Assembly (NCBI GenBank): GCA_963707955.1 | Contig: OY970176.1 | Coordinates: 800,001-864,000 of the forward strand | DNA length: 64,000 bases | From: Candidatus Bathyarchaeota archaeon | Lineage (GTDB): Archaea > Thermoproteota > Bathyarchaeia > Bathyarchaeales > Bathycorpusculaceae | Reading direction: 5' to 3' | Part shown: positions 51,650-60,645 of the stretch, in pieces | Numbering within the stretch: the first letter of the stretch is position 1 | Layout of the letters: every line of letters begins with the position of its first letter | Notes under the pieces: model-generated | Told to the model about the DNA's origin: nothing | Databases searched by the model: none | Seen by the model: the letters and a program-made list of their open reading frames with translations, nothing else | Position numbers and translations under genes: made by a program

Positions 51650-52264
51650 ATGGATAGAAAAGTGAACAAATACTTTGTTACAATTCCCATATTCGACTCG
51701 CAAACGGCAAAGCTACTTGCACCAGAGACAAACTGGAAAATCCTAGAAGCCCTGAGAGATGTTGGAATGGAAGGTTTGTCGGCTGAAGAAATCTCGGAAA
51801 AAATCAAAGTGCCGATATCTTCTGTCTACAACATCTTGAGAACTTTGGAAGCAACTGGTTGGGTACAGAGCACTATGAAACGACCGCCTTGGGGTCGCCC
51901 CTCAAAGAAAATTAAACAACGCTTTGGCGGAAAACCGACAAGAGTTTTCATAGAAACCGTTCCGTGGGGTTTGAATGAACTTGATTATGATTTTATTGAT
52001 AGCCTTATTCCCGTTCTGAAAGATATGAAAAACAACGTGGATGAGCTCAGGGAAAAATGGTTGTCAATTTTGGAAAAGATAGTTTTGACGTACCAAGCAA
52101 ACAACCTGAAGAAATTCTTTCCCCAAGAACCGATAGACAGTGAATGCGGACATAGTCGCGAAGGATTAGAGTTCCTCCGCGCCATCAGCACTGAATTAGT
52201 TTGGGAAATATTGAATGGCAAAGACTTCGATGCGCTGGCAAGAAAACACAAATTCATGAAGTAA
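51650..52264 (+). CDS. Winged-HTH (ArsR/TrmB-like) regulator
   Basis: WKILEAL...SAEEISEKIKVPISSVYNILRTLEATGWV; divergent from rep. Confidence 0.8.
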   Translation: MDRKVNKYFVTIPIFDSQTAKLLAPETNWKILEALRDVGMEGLSAEEISEKIKVPISSVYNILRTLEATGWVQSTMKRPPWGRPSKKIKQRFGGKPTRVFIETVPWGLNELDYDFIDSLIPVLKDMKNNVDELREKWLSILEKIVLTYQANNLKKFFPQEPIDSECGHSREGLEFLRAISTELVWEILNGKDFDALARKHKFMK

Positions 52265-52448
52265 TCGCGCGAGTCTCAGTCTCACCAGAAGCAACGCATC
52301 CAACGGGTACGCAAATGAACGATAAACGAAGAAATAATAGGAACACGCTCAATGAATGGACCCATTGCTAATCGCTAGTTACGACTCAAATGAGTGAAGA
52401 ACGCGAGAACGATCTCCTCGGCGCGCGCGATGCAAACTCCTCAAAAGT

Positions 52449-52661
52449 CTAAGAGTCTTGACCTCGAAGATAATTCCTTCCAAAATAGAACCCAGCAAGA
52501 CTGATGACTAGAAAGAAAATCCCAAGTAACAGAACATATTTGCCTTGATCCGCAAAATCAGATTCCCGCATGGTCATCATGCCCCATCCCAAGAGAACTG
52601 AACCAAAACCTGCAACAAGCAGGCCCAACAGTATCAGCTTTATCAAAGTGCCACCTATCAC
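52449..52661 (-). CDS. Small membrane protein
   Basis: Two TM segments; GGGAGG SD upstream. Confidence 0.6.
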   Translation of the reverse strand: MIGGTLIKLILLGLLVAGFGSVLLGWGMMTMRESDFADQGKYVLLLGIFFLVISLAGFYFGRNYLRGQDS

Positions 52662-52790
52662 TGTGCTGTCCTCCCAACCTGTTCGGTCTTCCCCTCAATC
52701 CATACTTACACCAATCAAGAAGAACATCAGAGGTTGAATTTTAGACTTTCGTCTCAACAAGCGCGTGCCGAAAAAACCAGTCCGCTCATG

Positions 52791-52926
52791 TCCTCGGAGA
52801 CATAAGCCTTCCCCTCATTTGAAAAAGAGGAAAAGTTAGAAGGCATCTCATACGGAAGCCAATCTTAAAACTATGCATGAGCTTCCTATTAGCATCTTGT
52901 TGTGAAGGCATATTGTCTCCTCGTCC
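52791..52926. repeat. Conserved 136-nt structured non-coding element, copy A
   Basis: 5 differences from the copy at 62123-62258; terminal inverted repeat GGAGACATAAGCCTTC/GAAGGCATATTGTCTCC. Confidence 0.85.
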
Positions 52927-53072
52927 CCAAACGACGAAAAGATGAAGGTTCATGAAATAGAAATCGGAGATGCGGAAATGAAAACCCTTAAACGAACCCA
53001 AGAAGAAATTCGATACGCCCAATTATGGGCAGAAATAGAGGTCCCAAAAAGTCTAAAAGGAGTAGAAGGCCA

Positions 53073-53270
53073 ATGAGCAAAGAAAGTCAGAACCCAAGCC
53101 AGCCGCCAGCCAGCGAGCGAGTAAGCCAGCAGGCCAGTCAGCCTCATGCCATAGCCCTCAACGGTGAAAAACAAAGCCCGAATCAACCAGTAAACAATAA
53201 ACAAACACAAAAAACAGAAGATAAAGAAAATTATAATGGATTAGGACGGGTTACGACCAACACGCCAGCC
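53073..53270 (+). other. Integrase N-terminal segment (intN) reading into att 2
   Basis: MSKESQNPSQ...GLGRVTTNTPA reads the att in the same frame that leads into the integrase at 47225. Confidence 0.65.
53247..53270 (+). repeat. att site 2
   Basis: CGGGTTACGACCAACACGCCAGCC. Confidence 0.92.
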
Positions 53271-53338
53271 CTTTACACCTGTACACCGCCCTTTTGCAGA
53301 AATCGACATCAAAACGCGGTTCTGAGAGGTGAAGACTG

Positions 53339-54286
53339 ATGACGTACAGAAACACCTCAATCAGACCCGTAATAACACCAACCACACTCGAAAAACAATT
53401 AATCCCTAACAATACATCAATCCTGAACGTACTAATTCAAATGAAAAACGACAACAAGAGCGACTACACAATAAACTTCACCAGAAAAGCACTGAACCTC
53501 CTGGCAAAACATACGAGCCTCGCGGAACCTGAAGCAGTGAAGCACTTCATAGCACAACACCGAGTGTCAGACGGATACAAAAGAAACCTCTGCATAGCTT
53601 ACAACAAATACTGCAAATACTACAAAATAGAATGGCAAATGCCACAGTATCTCGAAGAAGCCAAGAATATCAAACTACCAACAAGAGAAAAACTACTCAT
53701 GTTAGTAGCCAAAACCAAAGTCCCATTGTCAATCAAACTGAGGCTGAGTATGGAAACAGGATTACGGCCCGTCGAACTATGCAGACTAAGAGTTAACGAC
53801 TTGGATTTAGACCACAGAACAGTCAACCCAACAACCGCCAAGAAAGGTAATCCGAGAACACTGCCAATTTCGCAATCACTCACAGAATCATTAATTGAAT
53901 GGATAGGCAAGAAACGACTAAAACCAACCGACAAAATATTCAAAGGAAAAGCCGACGATTACGGCAAACACTATCGAATCATGCGAAACAAACTTGCAGA
54001 AGACATTAAAGACCCATCAATACGCATGATCAGGCTATACGACTTCAGACACTATTTTTGCACCAAGAAACTAAACGACATCGGAAATCCTTACACTGTA
54101 ATGGTCTTGATGGGACACAAAAAACTTGAAACCACGCAAAGATACATGCCCCTACTGAATCTAAACGACGATGAATGGACATGCACAGGAGCAACAACTG
54201 CGCAAGAAGCTATGAAACTAATAGAAGCAGGCTATCAATATGTCACAACAATCGAAGGAATACAGCTGTTCAAAAGAAGAAAATAG
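53339..54286 (+). CDS. Tyrosine integrase (paralog of 47225..48073)
   Basis: TGLRPVE, AKKG, YDFRH, MGH, TTQRY; GAGGTGA SD. Confidence 0.93.
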   Translation: MTYRNTSIRPVITPTTLEKQLIPNNTSILNVLIQMKNDNKSDYTINFTRKALNLLAKHTSLAEPEAVKHFIAQHRVSDGYKRNLCIAYNKYCKYYKIEWQMPQYLEEAKNIKLPTREKLLMLVAKTKVPLSIKLRLSMETGLRPVELCRLRVNDLDLDHRTVNPTTAKKGNPRTLPISQSLTESLIEWIGKKRLKPTDKIFKGKADDYGKHYRIMRNKLAEDIKDPSIRMIRLYDFRHYFCTKKLNDIGNPYTVMVLMGHKKLETTQRYMPLLNLNDDEWTCTGATTAQEAMKLIEAGYQYVTTIEGIQLFKRRK

Positions 54287-54383
54287 ACACAAATGACACC
54301 TCTTTTTTTCTTTCACCAGTCAATCAGTAACTTATCGCGCACGCCAAGGAAAAAGAAGGGAATTGATAGAAGATGAGGTGATT

Positions 54384-54699
54384 CTATTTGGCTTTTTTAA
54401 GCATTGCTACAACTTCTTTGTTCTTCAGGACAATCTTGGTTTCCATTGTGTTGAATGAGAGCCATTCCATCAATTTTGGCTCCATTTGCAGTTTTTGCAT
54501 AGCATCAAAGTCGCCTTCTAAGACCATATAGACTAGGTGCTCTGGGAAGTCAGTCCATGAGACCGAGCATCTTTACTCCATGCTTCTTCGTCAAACTCTC
54601 CATCTTATCAAAGAGTTCCAGAGTACTCTTTCGGTGTTTCTCACTGAACGCAGGGCAATTCTCAGGGGCATGCTTGTTTATCCACATGAATACTGGCAT
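54384..54699 (-). pseudogene. Small ferredoxin-like fold (DUF3303/GYD-like) protein with 1-nt frameshift near 54560
   Basis: MPVFMWINKHAPENCP...KKHGVKMLG continues as SWTDFPEHLVYMVLEG...KKAK in another frame. Confidence 0.6.
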
Positions 54700-54808
54700 T
54701 TTGATACACTCAGATAATCTGCTCCGTTCTTTTGGAAATATAAGCCTTTGCAGAGTGACCACAATGCAAACATCAAAAACCTCTCTTTTATTCAAGCAAA
54801 ATTCGTCT

Positions 54809-54856
54809 TGGCTCGTGAGCCTTTCGGCTCACTCGCACGTTCCAGACGATTCGCCA
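54809..54856. repeat. 48-bp hairpin repeat, copy 2
   Basis: One substitution relative to copy 1. Confidence 0.9.
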
Positions 54857-55245
54857 CGAAGACTAATACCTTTCGTTTCTGCTTGGAACATTCCACGACA
54901 AGTTCGAGTATTAATATAAGTCGCTCTCTACGCACTATGCGTTCAGCGGCAGAAGGAGTGCTCTTTTATTTGAATGAGGAAGAGCTGAAGAAAATCTGGT
55001 GGAACATCCTTCAGAAGAAAGGATGTTCAATCCAAGAAGTTGAAATAGGATCTAGGAGATATTTGACGACAAATTACAGGCGAACAGAGCCTGTAGGCTC
55101 AAGTGAAGCGCGCGCGCTAAAGACCTGAACGAATTTATCCCAGACATATCAAGCTGAATTACTAGCTGAACGTTTTGCTATCGCCCATGGAAGTTGGTTG
55201 GGGCAAAGTCTTATGAAAAACCCCGAGGCTGACTAAAACTCAAGC

Positions 55246-56502
55246 TTAGCACTTAGGAATCTGTTCGTACAAACCCAACGTTTTTGCAGCGATCTTATCC
55301 CAAGTAAACTCGTTCAGAACCCTCTTTCTACCGTTCTTTCCAAGCCACTTTTTCTTGTCAGCATTTTCCAAAACGCTGTTTATTCCCCATGCTATGTCCG
55401 ACGGATTATTAGGATCTATGTGATAACCACATTGCTCATCTCCGCAACAGACAACGATTTCACGCATCCCACTTATACCCGCAGCTCCAACAACAACAGG
55501 TCGTTCCATCGCCATGGCTTCAAGAACAACTATTCCGAAGGGCTCATAGAAACTTGGGAAAACTGCAACGTCACATGCAGCATAATGAAGAATACGTTCT
55601 TCCTCGGGAATGAATTCGAACCTGAACTTCACGAAATCACTCATCTTCGTAGCTTTCACCAGATTCATCAAGTATTCCTGCAAGTCGCCAAGACCAACGA
55701 TAACAAGCTTCGCCTTAGGATTCTTCTGCAAAACATGCGGCAAAGCCATAATCAGTTTATCAACACCTTTCATACCGGCGAGTCGACCTATAAAAAGAAT
55801 CATTTCCTCATCGTCCTTCACGTCATACATAGCTCTGATCTTTTTGACTTGATCAGGAGTCACCGTGCTCGGATTGTACTTGTCAGGGTCGACACCGTTA
55901 TAGGAAACCTGGATTTTCTCCTTCGGAAAACCAAGTCCAACCAACTCATCCTTCATAGCATAAGAAACTGTCACGATAAGGTCGGCCACTCGAGCGGCGT
56001 GAAGTTCAATGTTGCTGAGAGTGACCGAACCGTTCCCAAGAGTTCTTCCCTTTTCGGTTGAATGAACATGAAAAGCGAATGGCATTCCAACCTCCCTTTT
56101 CACAGTCATCCCTCCTATGGCAGAAAGCCAGTCATGAGCGACCACTATGTCATACTTGATATCTTCTTTCCTGATCAGTTCATTAACCAGCTTCGACGCA
56201 CTCAAATAATTATAGACAAAAATTTTAGAGAAAAATTGTATTCCTTTCCCCATTCCCCACTTCCTTATGTCTTCTGCAACAACGTCAGGCAGAGAATCGG
56301 AAATGTCAATGGGCAACGGACGGTGAATCTCGATACCGCGCCAAATCTCCCGTGTCGGCAAGCTACCGGCGTCATCATTCATCGTAAACACAGTCACATC
56401 ATTGTCGTCCAAAACAAACTTCCGAGTAATCTCCGCAGCGTAGGTGCCTAATCCCCCAACAATCTTAGGAGGGTATTCCCAAACAAGAACCGCCAACTTC
56501 AT
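55246..56502 (-). CDS. Glycosyltransferase family 4 (glycogen synthase-like)
   Basis: WEYPP..VGGLG, AHDW, HSTE, FIGRL..KG, EPFGIVVLEAM. Confidence 0.92.
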   Translation of the reverse strand: MKLAVLVWEYPPKIVGGLGTYAAEITRKFVLDDNDVTVFTMNDDAGSLPTREIWRGIEIHRPLPIDISDSLPDVVAEDIRKWGMGKGIQFFSKIFVYNYLSASKLVNELIRKEDIKYDIVVAHDWLSAIGGMTVKREVGMPFAFHVHSTEKGRTLGNGSVTLSNIELHAARVADLIVTVSYAMKDELVGLGFPKEKIQVSYNGVDPDKYNPSTVTPDQVKKIRAMYDVKDDEEMILFIGRLAGMKGVDKLIMALPHVLQKNPKAKLVIVGLGDLQEYLMNLVKATKMSDFVKFRFEFIPEEERILHYAACDVAVFPSFYEPFGIVVLEAMAMERPVVVGAAGISGMREIVVCCGDEQCGYHIDPNNPSDIAWGINSVLENADKKKWLGKNGRKRVLNEFTWDKIAAKTLGLYEQIPKC

Positions 56503-56739
56503 TTTTTCACCATCGCGAGTCGATCGATGGCTTCTAACTGATACAAAACTTTACCTTATTTACTTTCCTCACTCAACATACACCTGTTCTGACGATCATA
56601 AAGCAGATTTCATTTCCTAGCGCGCGCGCAATTGCTATAGCGTACGTATAAGAAAAGTTAAGAATAAGTTAAGAATCACTCCGCGCGCAGAATATCCTAC
56701 CAACAGCTTGACCGCGATAGTAGCGCGCTCGCTCGCTCG

Positions 56740-56764
56740 CTCGCACGTTCCAGACGATACGCCA
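56740..56764. repeat. 48-bp repeat, truncated copy 3
   Basis: CTCGCACGTTCCAGACGATACGCCA preceded by TAGCGCG and a (CTCG)n stutter. Confidence 0.8.
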
Positions 56765-56856
56765 AAACAGACATTCTCAATTAATTCGCGTTTTTCAAAT
56801 TATACAAAAAGTCTTTTATTCGAGACTACTCGTAACCTTCAAACTGAGGACCGATA

Positions 56857-57330
56857 ATGAAAACTCTGGTACTTTATTACACCCGAACTGGAAACACGAA
56901 ATTCGTCGCCGAAACTATTGCGGCAGAACTTGGAGCTGACATGGAAGAAGTCATAGACTTGAAGAAACGCCAAGGCACACTCGGCTGGCTATCAGCTGGC
57001 AGAGACGCCATGGGTGCAAAAGAAACCGAAATTGCCCAAACAAAAAGAATTCCAACTGACTACGACCTCATAATCATCGGACAACCCGTCTGGGCTCGAA
57101 ATCCGACGCCAGCAATCAGAACATACCTGAACAAGAATGACTTGTCGGGGAAGAAAGTGGCGTTGTTCCTCTCCGATATCAATCTGGGTCAAACCGTCGA
57201 GAAGACCAAAGCGTTAATGTCGAACTCCACCTTAGTCGGCGAGTTAGTCTTATCAGCGAAAGAATTAGAGAACAAGGAAGAGACAAAAAAGAAAATCGCT
57301 GAATGGTGCAACACACTCCAAATAGTGTAA
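56857..57330 (+). CDS. Flavodoxin
   Basis: YYTRTGNT, YDLIIIGQPVW, LSGKKVALF. Confidence 0.9.
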   Translation: MKTLVLYYTRTGNTKFVAETIAAELGADMEEVIDLKKRQGTLGWLSAGRDAMGAKETEIAQTKRIPTDYDLIIIGQPVWARNPTPAIRTYLNKNDLSGKKVALFLSDINLGQTVEKTKALMSNSTLVGELVLSAKELENKEETKKKIAEWCNTLQIV

Positions 57331-57408
57331 TATGCTCAGTGCGCGCGCGCTCAAAAAACCGACACAGATCGCTCGATAAAACTCTAGCTCCACACACTGA
57401 AACTACTG

Positions 57409-57912
57409 TCAGATTATCTCTTTTGCCATGGTTATTCGTTCTGGTTTGTATCCAGTTCTGCTGTAAAGCTTTATTGCAGAGTCATTTGTCGCTGATACCG
57501 AAAGAGCAATTCTGGAATGCCCCTTCCTTCTACAATAATCTTCCGCCTTTTCCAAAAGCAACTTCCCGATTCCCTTGCCTCTGAATTCCTCTTCAACAAA
57601 AATGTCATAAATATAACCGAAGGTCAGCTTAGTAATCTGGCCTCTGATTTGTCCAACGATCAAGTGTCCAACGTACTTATGATGTTCATCCTCTGCGACA
57701 AAGACCTCGGTATTTTCTTCCTTCAAGATATTCTCATAATCTTCAATCACATTCATGTTCCATTTCTCTCTATCGAGAAGCTTTTTCTGCGTTTCAGGGA
57801 TGTATTCCCACGAGTTTTCAACAAACATTTTCTTCACTAAGGATATGTCAGTTGCTTTTGCTTTCCTTAATTGAATGTTCATCAACATCATCCTTTTCGC
57901 GCCAGATGTCAA
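57409..57912 (-). CDS. GNAT acetyltransferase (copy 1)
   Basis: FRGKGIGK.LL, N.SAIKLY..GY; near-identical to 59940..60431. Confidence 0.9.
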   Translation of the reverse strand: MTSGAKRMMLMNIQLRKAKATDISLVKKMFVENSWEYIPETQKKLLDREKWNMNVIEDYENILKEENTEVFVAEDEHHKYVGHLIVGQIRGQITKLTFGYIYDIFVEEEFRGKGIGKLLLEKAEDYCRRKGHSRIALSVSATNDSAIKLYSRTGYKPERITMAKEII

Positions 57913-57953
57913 GTTCGATTCAAGTCTCCTTTAATATTTTGTGTAGCGCGCGT

Positions 57954-58043
57954 GACAGCGAAAGAAGCAACCAAACTTGTAGAAGCAGGATTCCAACACG
58001 TCACAACAATCGAAGGAATACAACTATTCAAAAACGCAAGTAA
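57954..58043 (+). pseudogene. Integrase 3' fragment
   Basis: TAKEATKLVEAGFQHVTTIEGIQLFK matches the C-terminal tail of both integrases. Confidence 0.85.
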
Positions 58044-58115
58044 CCAACAACCTCCCTCCTTTTTTAATGTGGAAAACATATTTACTCATGAGAGTAGCGT
58101 GCGCGGGTAATACTC

Positions 58116-58565
58116 ATGAATGAGGATGATTTGTCATTCCAAATATGCAAGCTGCCTGAAGATTCCAAGTCTGTAGAAGAAGGCTTTCGAACAATTCGAG
58201 ACGGTCTCAGGAGAAATATTACTGACAAAACCAGCAACGTCGAACCACCAAGAACAATCGCGATATTGATCCGAGACAAAAGGAACTGCATCGTGGGAGG
58301 AGTAATAGGTTATGCCATGGGAGGATGGCTACTTGTCGATCTTCTATGGGTCGAGGAATCACTCAGGAACAAGGGCTACGGCACCAAACTTCTCAAAATG
58401 GTTGAAAACGAAGCAGCAAAGCTCGGATGCAAATACGCTCACCTAGAAACTTTCAGCTTTGAAGCACGACCATTCTACGAGAAGCACGGCTACACACTTT
58501 TTGCAACGCTTGGCAATTACCCAGAAGGGCACAGTAAACATTTCCTAAAGAAAAAACTGGCATGA
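58116..58565 (+). CDS. GNAT acetyltransferase
   Basis: LWV...RNKGYG, TFSFEARPFYEKHGY. Confidence 0.9.
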   Translation: MNEDDLSFQICKLPEDSKSVEEGFRTIRDGLRRNITDKTSNVEPPRTIAILIRDKRNCIVGGVIGYAMGGWLLVDLLWVEESLRNKGYGTKLLKMVENEAAKLGCKYAHLETFSFEARPFYEKHGYTLFATLGNYPEGHSKHFLKKKLA

Positions 58566-58596
58566 GAGTGCACTTGTTCTATATACTGTCGATCGA

Positions 58597-58644
58597 TAGC
58601 TCGTGAGCCTTCCGGCTCACTCGAACGTTCCAGACGATACGCCA
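58597..58644. repeat. 48-bp hairpin repeat, copy 4
   Basis: Loop TTCC instead of TTTC; stem intact. Confidence 0.88.
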
Positions 58645-58765
58645 AAGCCAAAACACAAAGCGCGCGCTTGAAGCACCAAGATCCAAAACCTGTAAGCGGA
58701 GCCTCTTCTAGAATTCGAAAATTATTAAAGCACTATTACGCATATCATACCTTCTGGGAACATAA

Positions 58766-58858
58766 ATGCCGAAAAAAGAAAAACCGTTAACTAAGAAAGA
58801 GCGAGACGAGAAAAGGAAGAAACATAAGGAAAAGCAAAGCAAAACACAGACTTCTTAA
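58766..58858 (+). CDS. 30-aa basic micro-protein
   Basis: MPKKEKPLTKKERDEKRKKHKEKQSKTQTS; TATA-like TTATTAAA upstream. Confidence 0.45.
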   Translation: MPKKEKPLTKKERDEKRKKHKEKQSKTQTS

Positions 58859-59230
58859 GCCCCAAGAAAGAACTTTGCAAAACTCTTTTTCTCTTTTTAC
58901 CATAAAGTTGGCTTCTTTAATGAAATGAAAGAAAGACGCGTCAGCTTTGGATATTATTGGCTTCCTCCATTAATGCGAAAGAAATATGTTTTAGCTTGTT
59001 TATTTATCGTTAATTTGTAGCTGAGATTTATGCCGAGTGTAATGAAACGTAAACAAAAGAATACTCAAATCGCACAACAGAAAAAGATAGAACGGGATAA
59101 AGAAGCGAAAAAGAAACAGTTGAGACAGCAACTTCCTGCCAAGGGCAAGAAACGTTAAAGCCACTAAAGGAGCTATGGTAACCATCTAGAGCGCGCGCCT
59201 AGAAGACAACAATACAGCGCGCGCTGCTTA

Positions 59231-59752
59231 TCATCCGAACAGGTCCAAGAAGGGGGTAAGCAAATGTTTCGTAACGAAGTTTTCATTCACCAACTCGCCA
59301 TCTTCAGCATTTAGACCGTTACAGGAAGGAATTAGCTTAAGCGTGAAGGAGTTCGGACTGACTCTCTCAAAGTCGAACGGGTACAATCTGCAGCGAGCTG
59401 GCCTAGAATTGTAAATCGGACACTCGTAAGACCCTCTCCTTGGACTGGATTTTAGGAGAATACACCATCCATCTTTGTTGTTTTTCAAGTTTCCAACCAT
59501 CATAGGCAAGCGCTTGAACTTCGGATCCACTGTTGTCTCCAAAAAGTCTTCCAATCTGTGTCCCGTTTTTTTTGCCCGCTCCATATCGCTCTTGATGAGT
59601 ATTGGTCCCCCAAGTTTGCAGCAGAAGACTGCACATCGTTTACACCTGAAACGAAGATCATCATGATAAAAAGTCATCCTCAAAATTCGTTTAGCTTTGG
59701 GATCCAAGATGACTTCTGCAATGTTTTCGTTCAAGTTCTTGCCCTTGCCCAA
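59231..59752 (-). CDS. YkgJ family Cys-cluster protein
   Basis: CKRCAVFCC, C..L, CPIY..RP..CRLYPF. Confidence 0.88.
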   Translation of the reverse strand: MGKGKNLNENIAEVILDPKAKRILRMTFYHDDLRFRCKRCAVFCCKLGGPILIKSDMERAKKTGHRLEDFLETTVDPKFKRLPMMVGNLKNNKDGWCILLKSSPRRGSYECPIYNSRPARCRLYPFDFERVSPNSFTLKLIPSCNGLNAEDGELVNENFVTKHLLTPFLDLFG

Positions 59753-59835
59753 ACAGCTCGCTTTTTGGAGTGTTTAAAGCTTATGTTCTAGCGGGCGCAA
59801 ATAACGACAATCCTTTTTTCCCACAAAAACCATCT

Positions 59836-59880
59836 TGGCTCGTGAGCCTTTCGGCTCACTCGCACGTTCCAGACGATACG
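59836..59880. repeat. 48-bp hairpin repeat, copy 5
   Basis: Identical to copy 1 over 45 nt. Confidence 0.9.
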
Positions 59881-59939
59881 TTCAAAGAACCGACACAGAT
59901 CGCTCGATAAAACTCTAGCTCCACACACTGAAACTACTG

Positions 59940-60431
59940 TCAGATTATCTCTTTTGCCATGGTTATTCGTTCTGGTTTGTATCCAGTTCTGCTGTAAAGC
60001 TTTATTGCGGAGTCATTTGTCGCTGATACCGAAAGAGCAATTCTGGAATGCCCCTTCCTTCTACAATAATCTTCCGCCTTTTCCAAAAGCAACTTTCCGA
60101 CTCCCTTGCCTCTGAATTCCTCTTCAACAAATATATCGAAAACATAACCGAAGTTCAGCCCAGTAATCTGGCCTCTGGTTTGTCCAACGATCAAGTGTCC
60201 AACATACTTATGGTGTTCATCCTCTGCGATAAAGACCTCACTATTTTCTTCCTTCAAGATATTCTCATAATCCTCAATCACATGCATATTCCATTTCTCT
60301 CTATCGAGAAGCTTCTTCTGCGTTTCAGGGATATATTCCCACCCTGTTTCAACAGCCATTTTCTTCACTAATGGCATGTCAGTTGCTTTTGCTTTCCTTA
60401 AGTGAATGTTCATCATCATCATCATCATCAC
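59940..60431 (-). CDS. GNAT acetyltransferase (copy 2)
   Basis: Duplicate of 57409..57912; begins GTG(ATG)6. Confidence 0.9.
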   Translation of the reverse strand: MMMMMMMNIHLRKAKATDMPLVKKMAVETGWEYIPETQKKLLDREKWNMHVIEDYENILKEENSEVFIAEDEHHKYVGHLIVGQTRGQITGLNFGYVFDIFVEEEFRGKGVGKLLLEKAEDYCRRKGHSRIALSVSATNDSAIKLYSRTGYKPERITMAKEII

Positions 60432-60548
60432 CTTTTCGCGCCAGATGTCAAGTTTGATTCAAGTCTCCTTTAATATTTTGTGTAGCGCGCGAAACATCAA
60501 ACGCTGAAAACTAAAATAATAAAAAAATGGAAACTAACCGCGCGCGCG

Positions 60549-60591
60549 AACAACAATCGAAGGAATACAACTATTCAGAAAACGCAAATAG
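60549..60591 (+). pseudogene. Integrase 3' fragment
   Basis: TTIEGIQLFRKRK-stop followed by the same CCCC-TTTT terminator-like tract seen after the intact integrases. Confidence 0.8.
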
Positions 60592-60645
60592 CCACAACCC
60601 CCATTTTTTTATTTCGAAATAGAAGGAAAGAAACTGCCTGAGAAA

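Larger units (their letters stand above)
47147..53270. mobile_element. Integrative element 1 (about 6.1 kb) in rnpB: integrase, HUH Rep, HTH regulator
   Basis: Bounded by 24-28 bp direct repeats; integrase adjacent to the att. Confidence 0.88.

Noticed and set aside
48534-59880. 48-bp repeats as a CRISPR array linked to cas1
   Set aside because: Copies are separated by 1-6 kb containing genes, not by short spacers
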